From Nanobdellati archaeon (lineage in GTDB: Archaea; EX4484-52; GLR71), in assembly GCA_019429005.1 (NCBI GenBank), contig JAHYJR010000001.1:104663-168662 (forward strand): a stretch of 64,000 bases of DNA. Reading direction: 5' to 3'. The notes beneath the pieces were generated by a model. The model worked only from the letters and a program-made list of their open reading frames with translations. It made no database searches and was not told the DNA's origin. The stretch's first letter is position 1, and every line of letters starts with the position of its first letter. The translations under genes were made by a program, and so were the position numbers. Shown in pieces: positions 27,479-37,785 of this stretch.

Positions 27479-28918
27479 TCACACCTTTAAAAACTCAATT
27501 ATTTTTCCATATGCTGGCCTAGTTATCATTACACCTATTAACACACCAAGTATTGTTGTTACAGCAAAACCCTTCACAACACCAGCACCTACAAACATCA
27601 ACGGTACCATTGCAGCAATAGTTGTTGCAGCTGCTGTAAATATAATGAAAAATGCATTCTTAAGTCTTGTATTTAAACTTTCCATATGTCGCTGTTTTTT
27701 GTTTCCTTCATCTGTTATAACTATTTGTGCGTCTATACCAGTACCAACAGCAGCAATAATACCTGCAATAGCTGCAAGGTCTATTGTCCAATGGATCCAT
27801 GCTGCAAAACCAAGTATAATTATAACTTCACTAATTGAAGTGAAAAATATTGGTATTGCAATTCTAAAATCATGATATCTAACAAATATCAAAACACTTA
27901 CTGCAATAATTGCAAATATTATAGATAATATTGCAGTTTTAAGAAATTCAGCACCCAATGTTGGTGATATGGTATCTATCTTTTCAATACTTATTTTTGT
28001 AGGTAATGCACCCGATTCTAATATTGATTGAAGCATTTTCATTCGGTTTACTGCATCTTCTCTGTTATCTCCAGGACCACTTATAGTGATTGTACTTTGT
28101 ATGCTACCACGCAAACTTTCTGAAATTTTTAGAGAATCTGTTATAATTCCATCTAAATAAAGATCAATACCTGATGTAAGATAATTAGTTCCAATATCTA
28201 GGGGTAATTCTTTTGTAATTGCTGCAAATTTTTCTGCGGCTTCTTTTGAAAGCATTATATCAAATATAAATTTATATGAATCTGCTACAGGTTCAACTCT
28301 TGAATGTTGTGCATCTTTGAATACTTTTGTGATGTCATCTCCTGTATATACAAGTCCTGAAAGCGTGATTGTATTATCTGTATTGTTCAAGTACTTAAAT
28401 TCTATATTGTTTAAGATAATTGTATCATTAATATCGAGTTCAGTACCATCTATAATAATAATTGTACTATCATTTTTAGCTGTAATAGTATAATCTGTCG
28501 CAAAATCAAGAACACCTTCATTATCTTTTAATTTAACAAATCTATTTATTTTTGCTTCAAACATTCCTTGTTGTTCAAGTATAGATCTAATTTCAGCTTC
28601 AGTACGTCCTGCCATTTCAACTTGTATGTATTTATTTGATACTGGTATGATTTTTGTTTCTGTAAGACCTATTGCATTTACTCTAACATTTAATTTTGAT
28701 ATAATTTCGTCAAGGATTGCAGGATCATTATTTTCAGGCAAAAGAAGTGCTCTTACACCGCCTTCAAGATCTAAACCTTTATCAATATTTGTTGCAATTG
28801 TGATTTTACCATCCGTTCCTACAATATAATGTGGTCCTATAAAGAATATTGAAATTAGGAGGCTACCTATAAGTAAAAGCATTTTCCAGTTTTTGAAAAG
28901 ATCTGTTATAGTTTTCAT
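27479..28918 (-). CDS. secD: Protein translocase subunit SecD
   Basis: KGLDLEGG, LESGALP, SPTLG, IDLAAIAGIIAAVGTGIDAQIVI and ITRPAY. Confidence 0.95.
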   Translation of the reverse strand: MKTITDLFKNWKMLLLIGSLLISIFFIGPHYIVGTDGKITIATNIDKGLDLEGGVRALLLPENNDPAILDEIISKLNVRVNAIGLTETKIIPVSNKYIQVEMAGRTEAEIRSILEQQGMFEAKINRFVKLKDNEGVLDFATDYTITAKNDSTIIIIDGTELDINDTIILNNIEFKYLNNTDNTITLSGLVYTGDDITKVFKDAQHSRVEPVADSYKFIFDIMLSKEAAEKFAAITKELPLDIGTNYLTSGIDLYLDGIITDSLKISESLRGSIQSTITISGPGDNREDAVNRMKMLQSILESGALPTKISIEKIDTISPTLGAEFLKTAILSIIFAIIAVSVLIFVRYHDFRIAIPIFFTSISEVIIILGFAAWIHWTIDLAAIAGIIAAVGTGIDAQIVITDEGNKKQRHMESLNTRLKNAFFIIFTAAATTIAAMVPLMFVGAGVVKGFAVTTILGVLIGVMITRPAYGKIIEFLKV

Positions 28919-29886
28919 CTGTTTTTACCTTTTTTTTTCCGTAGAGTTTTACGTTTATTTTTTGTTTGTTGTTTTATGTTTTTTTTAATTGGTTGAATTT
29001 CTTTTATTTTTTCGCCAACATCATCTTTTTTATTATCTTTTTCTATATACCACCTAAGTATTCCAACATTTCCAAACCATGTTGAGATATAATCTGCAAG
29101 AAGTCCAAATATAATTACAATTGAAATCTCATCTAAAATCTGTGATGTTGAGAATATATAAAGCACAACGAATGCAACAATTGCAGCTGTTGTCATAGTA
29201 ATTCCAGTTTTCATTGATGCATTAATTCTTTCATCTAGCGTACCCTCATCAGTTCTTTTGATAAGTCGTGTTGTAAGAAGTACGTCTGTGTCAACAGAAT
29301 AACCTAAAAGCATAAGGAGTGCTGCAAGTGATGCCATACTAAGTTCAATTCCAAAAATATTCATCATAGCAATTGCAAATATTATATCAACAATAGCAGC
29401 TTGTATAATAGCAAAAGATGGTACAATTGTTTTGAATGTTAAGAATATTACAAGAGCCATCAATAATAATGCAATTATAACTGCACTAATTGCTTCTTTG
29501 AAAAATTGTGAACCAAGTGCTGCACCAACAAATTGTATACTTATCATTTCATTAGTTACATTTAATCCAGAAGTGCTAAGAAGCTCTTTTATTTTTTGCA
29601 TCTCAATATTTTTTTCAGTTTCAATAATTATAGATTGTCCTATACCGCTTGATGTTCGTACAACAACCTTATTATCAATTTCTTTAAAATTATCAGATAT
29701 TTGTTTGATTATATTTTGATCGACAGTATCAATCTCTATATTGATATGACTTCCACCTTTAAAATCAATACCCATATCAACAATAGTGCCTGTACTTGCA
29801 TAATTTATCGCAATTACACCTAAAGAGAAAATTAATAGTATTATTGCGGGAATAAGAAGAATTTTATAATTTGTTGATAATTTCAT
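28915..29886 (-). CDS. secF: Protein translocase subunit SecF
   Basis: GIDFKGG and LMLLGYSVDTDVLLTTR. Confidence 0.95.
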   Translation of the reverse strand: MKLSTNYKILLIPAIILLIFSLGVIAINYASTGTIVDMGIDFKGGSHINIEIDTVDQNIIKQISDNFKEIDNKVVVRTSSGIGQSIIIETEKNIEMQKIKELLSTSGLNVTNEMISIQFVGAALGSQFFKEAISAVIIALLLMALVIFLTFKTIVPSFAIIQAAIVDIIFAIAMMNIFGIELSMASLAALLMLLGYSVDTDVLLTTRLIKRTDEGTLDERINASMKTGITMTTAAIVAFVVLYIFSTSQILDEISIVIIFGLLADYISTWFGNVGILRWYIEKDNKKDDVGEKIKEIQPIKKNIKQQTKNKRKTLRKKKGKNR

Positions 29887-29967
29887 TTAAAGTTTCACCA
29901 GATATAAACAGGTTATTACATGTATAATTTTTTTTAATGCGTCTTTTTAAATAATTTGTTATTTTTT

Positions 29968-30897
29968 TTAAAACATAGGGTTCCATTCTGTATTTTTTTT
30001 AGGTTTATTTTCGTCTTTAACACCGTCAAGTATTTTGTTGAATATATTAATTGTTTCAGAGTTATCATTTTGTTTTGTATTTGGTATATTTTGACTTATT
30101 GGTTTTTGCATAACGTTTTGCATATTTGGTAGTGTTTGTGCTTCAAAGGGATTTCTATCTTGTGTAATGAACGGGTTTGTTGATGGTATATTATTTGTTG
30201 TCATTTGTGGTTGGATTGGTGTTCTTTGTGGTTCTTGTTGTGTAAACGGCGATATATTTTCTGCAAAAGGCGATATGTTTTGTGTAGGTGTAATTGGTAT
30301 TTGTGTTGTTGTATTACTGAAAAAACTATTCACTGCATTATTTTCAGAATTAAATGGATCTTTTTGCTCTATTTTATTTTTTTCAGCTTCTTTATCAAAT
30401 CGCGTTATAAATTCAACAGCACGCTCTTTCATTTTTGCAATTTTACTCAAATCTGCTGTAGATTGTTTGTGTGTATTATAATGTGGTGCAAATGTTTCTG
30501 GGTGTGGAAGCTGTAACTCAACAACATCAGTTTCTCTTTGTTGCCTATATTGTCTTGTGGGGATTTGTCTTTTATCCTCTTGTGTCTTTTCACCGAAAAG
30601 ATGCCCAAAACCATTATATTCTGGCATATTAACATTACTTGATTGAGGTCTTCTGTTACGTCTTTGTTCATATTCTTGTTGTTGCATTAGACGATCTTCA
30701 GGCGTTAAAATATCCATGTATTTATCCTGTTTTCTACGTTTTAATATACCTTTAAAGGTGTTTGATACTTTTGAAAATACGTTTTGTTTTATTTTTGGAA
30801 TATTTTCTGTTTCTTTCTGATGTTTAGTTATTGGTTTTTCTATCATCTTATAAATCAAAACAGTTGATATTATAAATATGAGAATCTGTATATACAT
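29968..30897 (-). CDS. Hypothetical protein: N-terminal hydrophobic anchor plus long Q/N/P/T-rich disordered tail
   Basis: Co-oriented upstream of secF; contains repeated NPF/SPF motifs. Confidence 0.7.
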   Translation of the reverse strand: MYIQILIFIISTVLIYKMIEKPITKHQKETENIPKIKQNVFSKVSNTFKGILKRRKQDKYMDILTPEDRLMQQQEYEQRRNRRPQSSNVNMPEYNGFGHLFGEKTQEDKRQIPTRQYRQQRETDVVELQLPHPETFAPHYNTHKQSTADLSKIAKMKERAVEFITRFDKEAEKNKIEQKDPFNSENNAVNSFFSNTTTQIPITPTQNISPFAENISPFTQQEPQRTPIQPQMTTNNIPSTNPFITQDRNPFEAQTLPNMQNVMQKPISQNIPNTKQNDNSETINIFNKILDGVKDENKPKKNTEWNPMF

Positions 30898-31001
30898 AAC
30901 TTATTATTAGTATTTTTTATTTTTAAGTTTATGTTTTGGTATTTGTAAATATAAGAGAATATGCTTAAGTTTTTAAGTTCATTTTATTATAATAGTATTA
31001 T

Positions 31002-32111
31002 ATGCGAAATACAGATGTTGTTGTAGTTGGCGCGGGACCAATTGGTTCAATGATTGCAAAAGGTCTTTCAAAGTCAGGACTTTCTGTAATATTAATTGAC
31101 AAAAAAACGATTGTGGGAAAAGATGCATGTTCTGGTTTAATTAGTTCAAGACTATCCGAGTTTGTTACTGTTTCAGACGCTTTTTTATTAAATAAAGTGT
31201 ATGGTTCTACTTTTCATTCACCCTCATTTTCATTTTCGATTAAACGAGATATTCCTCAAGCATTTGTTGTAGATCGGCCTAAATTTGATAGATTCATGTT
31301 AGATAAAGCCATATCATCCGGTGTCACATTTTTAAATAATACAGCCTTTATTGATTTTAAAAGAGAATCGTCAGGTATGGATGTTTCATCAGGTATGGAT
31401 GTTTCATCAAGTATGGATGTTTCATCAGGTATAACGATATCTACGTCCTCAGGCGAAATCTCGTCAAAAATCATAATCGGTGCAGATGGTGCTGCATCAC
31501 GAGTACGGCGGGTTTCGGGACTTAAAGGAACTCTAAAGTCTGTGAATGGAATTATCGCTTATTTTGATGGAAATTTGGGTTCTGATCTTGTTGATGTCTA
31601 TTATAACAATTTGTTTTCAAAAGATTTCTTTGCGTGGCGAATACCAAGAGGTACTACACTTGAAGTGGGTCTTGCATCAGGCGAAAACCATATTGAAAAC
31701 TTCAAAAGTTTCATAAAACAGTTAGGACTTTCTTATCCCGAAAAAGTATTTATGCATCCTATATCATACGGCACTCAGGAAACTGCAACAGACAACATCA
31801 TACTTGCAGGTGATGCTGCAGCCCAAGTAAAACCATTTACAGGTGGTGGAATAATTTATGGTTTTATCTGTGCCCAGATCGCAATTCAAGCGATAGTTAA
31901 AGCATTTGAAAAAGAAGATTTTTCGGAGATGTTTTTAATTGATAATTATGATACTGTCTGGAAAACCAAATTGTTAGATAAGATTGAAGTTGGTCTAGGG
32001 ATCAGAAATATTCTTGATTCGCTTAATAATGACGAACTAGACACCTTTTTCAAGATGCTTTCAGAAAGTAAAGAATCGCTCGAAGATGTAGGGGATATGG
32101 ATTTTTTGTGA
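31002..32111 (+). CDS. Geranylgeranyl reductase-family FAD oxidoreductase
   Basis: VVGAGPIG, CSGLIS, GADGA.S, FFAWRIP and GDAAAQVKPFTGGGI. Confidence 0.88.
   Translation: MRNTDVVVVGAGPIGSMIAKGLSKSGLSVILIDKKTIVGKDACSGLISSRLSEFVTVSDAFLLNKVYGSTFHSPSFSFSIKRDIPQAFVVDRPKFDRFMLDKAISSGVTFLNNTAFIDFKRESSGMDVSSGMDVSSSMDVSSGITISTSSGEISSKIIIGADGAASRVRRVSGLKGTLKSVNGIIAYFDGNLGSDLVDVYYNNLFSKDFFAWRIPRGTTLEVGLASGENHIENFKSFIKQLGLSYPEKVFMHPISYGTQETATDNIILAGDAAAQVKPFTGGGIIYGFICAQIAIQAIVKAFEKEDFSEMFLIDNYDTVWKTKLLDKIEVGLGIRNILDSLNNDELDTFFKMLSESKESLEDVGDMDFL
31371..31432. repeat. In-frame 18-bp tandem repeat x3.4 (SGMDVS) in the GGR-family gene
   Basis: TCAGGTATGGATGTTTCA at 31371, 31389 and 31407 (one mismatch). 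Confidence 0.92.
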
Positions 32112-32170
32112 GTTAAAAGTTTAACTTGTATATGCAAATCTATTTAAATTATGTTCATTTATATTGAAGA

Positions 32171-32746
32171 ATGGCAGACTATTTTATGACAAAGTTGGAT
32201 AAGAATTTATATGAAAGTAAGAATCCTGTTGTGAATTATATTTTTAAAAATAAGATTGATAAAATTTTAGATTTTGCAGGTATTAAAAAAAATCATACTG
32301 TTTTAGATTTAGGTAGTGGTGAAGGTTACATCACAAAGATTTTGATGTCAAAATCAAAAGATGTTTATGCAGTTGACATTGATTTTGATAAGGTAAAATT
32401 GCTTTCAAAATTGAATCCTAAAAGTTCATATGCAAATGGTTCTGAGTTACCCTTTAAAAATGAGTCTTTTGATGTTATTGTATGTTCAGAAGTTATGGAA
32501 CATATAAAAGATCTTGATTATTTTTTAAAAAATGTTAGAAGCGTTCTTAAAAAAAATGGTGTGTTTATTGTGACATTACCACGTGAAAAAATTATAACTT
32601 TGGGCAAATTATTATTATTACGTTTTAATGACCATCCTCATTTTCATGAGCTTCCACAAATTGAAATTAAAATAAAAGAGTATTTTGATATTACAGAATC
32701 AACAAATACCTTATTTTTTGTGCATAAGGTTATGAAATGCATATAA
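32171..32746 (+). CDS. Class I SAM-dependent methyltransferase
   Basis: VLDLGSGEG and LPF..ESFDVI.CSEVMEH. Confidence 0.88.
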   Translation: MADYFMTKLDKNLYESKNPVVNYIFKNKIDKILDFAGIKKNHTVLDLGSGEGYITKILMSKSKDVYAVDIDFDKVKLLSKLNPKSSYANGSELPFKNESFDVIVCSEVMEHIKDLDYFLKNVRSVLKKNGVFIVTLPREKIITLGKLLLLRFNDHPHFHELPQIEIKIKEYFDITESTNTLFFVHKVMKCI

Positions 32747-32756
32747 GTGATATGTT

Positions 32757-34145
32757 ATGAAAGTTCTTCTTATAAATCCGGAATGGGTACGAAAAGACAA
32801 GAATATTTGGAAATATGTTGCAAGTTGTATGCCTCCTTTAGGTCTGGCTTATATCGCATCGTCTCTCGAAAAAGATAAACATACTGTAAAGATTATTGAT
32901 GCAGCAGCATCTAAATTATCGATTAAAGATATCGAAAATAAATTAAAACGTTTTAAGCCTGGTATGGTGGGTATAACAGCAACTACAAGTATAGTTGATA
33001 AGGCTTTATATGTTGCTGAAATATCAAAAAAAGTTTTACCTAAAGCAAAAGTTATAATAGGCGGTGTTCATGCCACAATTGAACAAGAGGGTTTATTAGC
33101 TAATAAAAATGTTGATGTTGTTGTTCGTGGTGAGGGTGAGATTACAATGTCAGAACTTGCCAACAAAACACCATTAAACAAAATTAATGGAATCTCTTAT
33201 CGTAAAGGTAAAACTGTAATACATAATGACAATCGTGAACTTGTTAAAGATCTTGATTCCTTGCCTTTTCCAGCATACCATCTTTTACCAATAGATAAAT
33301 ATCACCCCCCTCTTGGAAATTATAAACGGCTTCCTGCAATAAGTATTATTGCGACTCGTGGATGTCCTGGAAAATGTACATTTTGTTTTAGGGGTATTTT
33401 TGGTAAACGTATACGTTTCAGGTCTCCAAGAAATCTTGTTGACGAAATTAAAATGTTACAGAAAAAATATGGTATTCGTGAAATCTCATTTTATGATGAT
33501 ACTTTTACAGTTTTCAAATCCAAAGTCAAAGAATTTTGCACTTTATTACTTTCCGAAAATGTCGATATAACCTGGTCTTGTATGTCTAGGATTGATTATC
33601 TTGATTTAGAAGTCTTGTCTTTGATGAAAAAAGCTGGTTGTCATCAGATTTGTGTTGGTGTTGAATCAGGAGATGAGAAAATCTTAGCAAACATCAACAA
33701 AGAGATATCTTTAGATAATGTTCAAATTGCAATAAAATTAATACAGAAAGTTGGTATTGATGCAAGGGCAACATTTATGTTTGGAAATCCAGGAGAGACT
33801 GTAGCGTCTATGAAAAAGACAATTGATTTCGCAATTAAACTAAATCCAGATGTTGCTTTATTTAATATTACAACCCCCTATCCTGGAACAGATATGTTTT
33901 ATTGGGCTAAGAAAAATGGTTATTTGAAGACTGAAAATTGGGAAGATTATGATCAGTCGCACCCTGTTATGGAATTACCAACAGTCTCATCAGACGAAGT
34001 TGAACATTATTACAAGATTGCTTTCAGGAAATTTTATTTTAGGCCCAAATATCTTTTGAAACGTGTTATGAAATTACGCTCATTAGACGAGATAAAAATG
34101 AATTTAAAATCATTTCGCGTTATTCTAGACACATTATCTTGGTAA
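32757..34145 (+). CDS. B12-binding domain radical SAM protein (class B methyltransferase-like)
   Basis: PPLGLAYIA, GGVHAT, RGEGE, TRGCPGKCTFC, GVESG and TPYPGT. Confidence 0.92.
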   Translation: MKVLLINPEWVRKDKNIWKYVASCMPPLGLAYIASSLEKDKHTVKIIDAAASKLSIKDIENKLKRFKPGMVGITATTSIVDKALYVAEISKKVLPKAKVIIGGVHATIEQEGLLANKNVDVVVRGEGEITMSELANKTPLNKINGISYRKGKTVIHNDNRELVKDLDSLPFPAYHLLPIDKYHPPLGNYKRLPAISIIATRGCPGKCTFCFRGIFGKRIRFRSPRNLVDEIKMLQKKYGIREISFYDDTFTVFKSKVKEFCTLLLSENVDITWSCMSRIDYLDLEVLSLMKKAGCHQICVGVESGDEKILANINKEISLDNVQIAIKLIQKVGIDARATFMFGNPGETVASMKKTIDFAIKLNPDVALFNITTPYPGTDMFYWAKKNGYLKTENWEDYDQSHPVMELPTVSSDEVEHYYKIAFRKFYFRPKYLLKRVMKLRSLDEIKMNLKSFRVILDTLSW

Positions 34146-34162
34146 TTTTAAATTTTTTAAGA

Positions 34163-35038
34163 TTACATCTTTTTTCTATTGATGCTATCTAGAATAATCC
34201 CGATTGAGAAAAATTGTATTGATAAGAATATCAATAAACTTGATAATACTGTTGTTGGTATTCTATCAACAATACCTGTATTTAACCAATTTTCAAATAC
34301 AAATCCTCCAAGACCAAGTCCTAGAATTAAAGTTATTGTTGAAATTATCGAAAAGAAAAATAGTGGTCTATAATCTCTAAATAATATAATTATTGTATAT
34401 ATGATTAATGATCCATCTCCAAAAGAACTTAATTTAGATTTACTTTCACCCGGTCTAGATCTGTATTTTACAGGAATTTCAATAATTTTATAATTTGAAA
34501 TAAGGCTTTTAATTGTCATTTCAGTTTCAACTTCAAACCCTTCTGATGTTAATTTAAGTCCTTTAGCAAGTTTTCTGTTAAATATACGATATCCTGATAA
34601 GATATCATTTAATTTTTTGTTAAAGAACAAATTAACAAGTCCTGTAATTATTTTATTTCCAAATATATGTAATCCTTTCAAAGATCCTTTTTCTCGCAAT
34701 TTGAGTCGTGTACCAATGACAAGATCGGCATTTTCATCCTTTAATGTTTTTATGAGTTGTTTGCATACATCTGCAGGGTATGTATCATCGCCATCAACCA
34801 TTACATATATATCAGAATCAATCTTATCAAAGATTTCACGAATTGCACTACCTTTACCTTTGCCTTCCTGCAACATCACCCTTGCTCCCATTTTTTTAGC
34901 AATGTCACAAGTTTTATCTGTGGAATTTCCGTCATATACAACGATTGTACAATCCTTAAGTTCTTTTTTGAAATCAGAAATAACTTTTTTGATTGTGCTC
35001 TCTTCATTGAGGGTTGGGATAACTACAGTTGTTTTCAT
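34163..35038 (-). CDS. GT2 glycosyltransferase (polyprenol-phosphate sugar synthase/AglJ-like)
   Basis: VIPTLNEE, DGNSTD, MVDGDDTY, DILSGYR, GFEVETE and two C-terminal TM helices. Confidence 0.88.
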   Translation of the reverse strand: MKTTVVIPTLNEESTIKKVISDFKKELKDCTIVVYDGNSTDKTCDIAKKMGARVMLQEGKGKGSAIREIFDKIDSDIYVMVDGDDTYPADVCKQLIKTLKDENADLVIGTRLKLREKGSLKGLHIFGNKIITGLVNLFFNKKLNDILSGYRIFNRKLAKGLKLTSEGFEVETEMTIKSLISNYKIIEIPVKYRSRPGESKSKLSSFGDGSLIIYTIIILFRDYRPLFFFSIISTITLILGLGLGGFVFENWLNTGIVDRIPTTVLSSLLIFLSIQFFSIGIILDSINRKKM

Positions 35039-35080
35039 ATAATCACAAATATATTTGTATAATTTTATTTTAATATTTTT

Positions 35081-36094
35081 TTAGGTTTTTATTATATCTT
35101 TATTTATTTTTAAATTGTTAAACATTAAAAGTATGAATCCTGGAACTGTGCCTAAATAATTTATGAAAAGTATACCTAAAGATAATAGTACTGCAGATTC
35201 TGGTGCAATCAAAATAAATGATAATAAATATATCATTAAAACATCACGAGTTCCAATTCCAGAAATAGATATTGGTATAATCTCAATTAGTACTACTAAG
35301 GGCATAATTGATAAAATCATAATATAACTGATATTTATGTTAAGTCCTTGTGACATAAGATACGTTTGAAAAAATATAATTATCCAGGAACTTAATGTTA
35401 ATATTAATGTTTTTAAAAGTGTAATTTTTTTATTTGAAAGTTTATTGAAAAACGCATAAAATTCGTGAAAATTAATTCGGATTTTATCTTTGTGTTTTTC
35501 GGGTATTAATTTATTGAAAAACGGTTTTAATATTTTTTTAACAATATTTTTTTTGGTGATTGAAATAAGCATAATAAAAAGTATTGTAATTGAAACAAAA
35601 AATAAATTTATAGTAATTTCTGAATTTCCAAATCTATATGCAAAAAATAATGTTCCAAAAATTGCCATTATTATCAGTATAATAATATCTTCAATTCGAT
35701 CAGCAATAATTGTTATTATTGAATGATTTAAAGCTAATTTGCTTGTTTTTTTAAGTTCTAATGCTCTTGTGAAATCACCAAGTCTACCAGGTGTGAATGT
35801 GCCGATAGAATTCCCTATCATAATTCCTTTGATGTAATTAGTGAGACTATCTGTTATATTGTATGTCTCTGTTAAAAGTTTCCATCTTAGGGCTTTAATA
35901 AAAAAAAGGGGTATAAACAATAGAATTATTGGGATAATATAAATCAAATTTATATTTCTGATTTGGTTTAGTATGTTTTCAAGTCCTGTCGCTTGTATTA
36001 TGTATATAAATAGTAATACTCCTAAAAGTCGAAAGTACTTCATATGATTCATGTTTAATTCTAGTATCTTATATTTATAAATCGTTATGTACAA
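35081..36094 (-). CDS. UPF0104 / LPG-synthase TM-domain membrane protein (putative flippase)
   Basis: KALRW, FTPGRLGDF.R, DRIED and IPISISGIGTRD. Confidence 0.85.
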   Translation of the reverse strand: MYITIYKYKILELNMNHMKYFRLLGVLLFIYIIQATGLENILNQIRNINLIYIIPIILLFIPLFFIKALRWKLLTETYNITDSLTNYIKGIMIGNSIGTFTPGRLGDFTRALELKKTSKLALNHSIITIIADRIEDIIILIIMAIFGTLFFAYRFGNSEITINLFFVSITILFIMLISITKKNIVKKILKPFFNKLIPEKHKDKIRINFHEFYAFFNKLSNKKITLLKTLILTLSSWIIIFFQTYLMSQGLNINISYIMILSIMPLVVLIEIIPISISGIGTRDVLMIYLLSFILIAPESAVLLSLGILFINYLGTVPGFILLMFNNLKINKDIIKT

Positions 36095-37763
36095 TTATCT
36101 GTATATGCCTAAAAAAAATAAAGAACTTCTTAAGAAAACAGAAATCAAGAAAACACAATCTGTTAAGAAATCAGATATTAAGAAAACAAAATCTGTAAAG
36201 AAACTAGTTAAATCTAAAAATAAAAAATCTAAATTTAATTACGATAAATTGTTTGATACTAAATTTTATTATGATTTGTTAGTTAAACATAAAGAAATAC
36301 TTTTTTTACTTTTCTTCTTTGGATATATTTATTTTTCTACAATAAGTTCTTATGGCATGTTTATGTGGGATGAGGCAGGGTATGCAAATATTGGAAAATC
36401 TATGTATGAAGATTTTGAGTTTGCACAAAATGGTCAGATTGAAACAGGTAGGAATTATGGTTTCCCTTTATTGATTGCAACATCCTTTTTTATTTTTGGA
36501 GATACAACAGACACTGTTGCAAAAATGTCTGTATTATTTTCAAGTCTTTTAACTATTTTTGTAGTTTATTTTTTTGTAAGGCGTATAATTAATAAGAATA
36601 CAGCAATTTTATCAGCATTCATATTAGGAATATTGCCGTTATTTTGGAGTAATACTGCACATTTATTATCAGAAGTACCATTTACAACCTTTTTCACAAT
36701 TTCAATATTATCTTTTTATCATGGTATTAAATCAGATAAGCGGTATTTATATCTTGCATGGGCTTCATTAGGTTTTTCATATACAATAAGATATAATGCT
36801 ATGTTATTTGGTCCCCCAATAATATTATATATGCTTACATTATTTGTATTGGATTGGAAAAAAACATTTAATCTTGTCAAAACAAAAGAATTTTTATTAT
36901 CACCTTTTTTATTTGTTTTAGTTACAATACCATATTATATTTTGATGTATATGAATGGCGTTGATTTTATTGAACAATTTAAACTTATGTCAGGTGGTCT
37001 AAGTCAATATGCTCTTGTCGTAAGTTCAATACCCTCATCTTTTTTTATTGTTCAATTACCGAATAATTTGACTTTTTTCTTAATGATATTAATGTTAATT
37101 GGTGTTGTATATGTGTTAAAAACAAAAAATGAATTTGGTATTTATTTATTATCACATATACTTATGGCTTTATTATATTTTTCATCTCAAGCATGGAAAG
37201 AATCACGATTCGTTTTATCTCTTACACCACTTTATGCAATCTTGATTGCAATCGCATTTATGAATGTTTTATATCCTATACTTAAAAGGGATATAAAAAG
37301 TAAAAATGTTGTATATTTAATAATGTTTGTTATTTTGTTATTTGCTGCAAAAGGGGCTTATACTAGTGCAATGATGCCTTTGACTTATAGCATCGCAAAT
37401 GGTTACCCTGCACTTTTACAATCATCCGAATTCATTAAAAATAATGTTGGTGAAGATGAAACCTTTATGGCTGTAGGTCCGCAGTATAATTGGTATGCTG
37501 ATAGAATTGTAACTAGTTATGGACGAAATATAACTGACGTTGTATCTATTTTAGAAGCAAATCCAAAAATCCGTTTTATTGTTATAAATAATTATGAAAG
37601 GAGTGTTCCGTCCTTTTTACTTGAGTCTTTTAGTACCATTTTTAATCAAGATGATTTCACATCAGGGTATGTATTTATTTTTGGAGACGAAAAAAATAAA
37701 TTTAGGGATATTGTTATTGAATCTCAATATTATATAGTGAAAGTAAAACCGTTATTAAATTAA
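36087..37763 (+). CDS. GT-C membrane glycosyltransferase (ArnT/PMT_2-like)
   Basis: MWDEAGY first-loop acidic motif, LLSEVP, KESRF and many TM helices; Lys-rich N-terminus with a 33-bp duplication at 36132-36203. Confidence 0.8.
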   Translation: MYNYLYMPKKNKELLKKTEIKKTQSVKKSDIKKTKSVKKLVKSKNKKSKFNYDKLFDTKFYYDLLVKHKEILFLLFFFGYIYFSTISSYGMFMWDEAGYANIGKSMYEDFEFAQNGQIETGRNYGFPLLIATSFFIFGDTTDTVAKMSVLFSSLLTIFVVYFFVRRIINKNTAILSAFILGILPLFWSNTAHLLSEVPFTTFFTISILSFYHGIKSDKRYLYLAWASLGFSYTIRYNAMLFGPPIILYMLTLFVLDWKKTFNLVKTKEFLLSPFLFVLVTIPYYILMYMNGVDFIEQFKLMSGGLSQYALVVSSIPSSFFIVQLPNNLTFFLMILMLIGVVYVLKTKNEFGIYLLSHILMALLYFSSQAWKESRFVLSLTPLYAILIAIAFMNVLYPILKRDIKSKNVVYLIMFVILLFAAKGAYTSAMMPLTYSIANGYPALLQSSEFIKNNVGEDETFMAVGPQYNWYADRIVTSYGRNITDVVSILEANPKIRFIVINNYERSVPSFLLESFSTIFNQDDFTSGYVFIFGDEKNKFRDIVIESQYYIVKVKPLLN

Positions 37764-37785
37764 GTATACATAGGGATTATAAATT

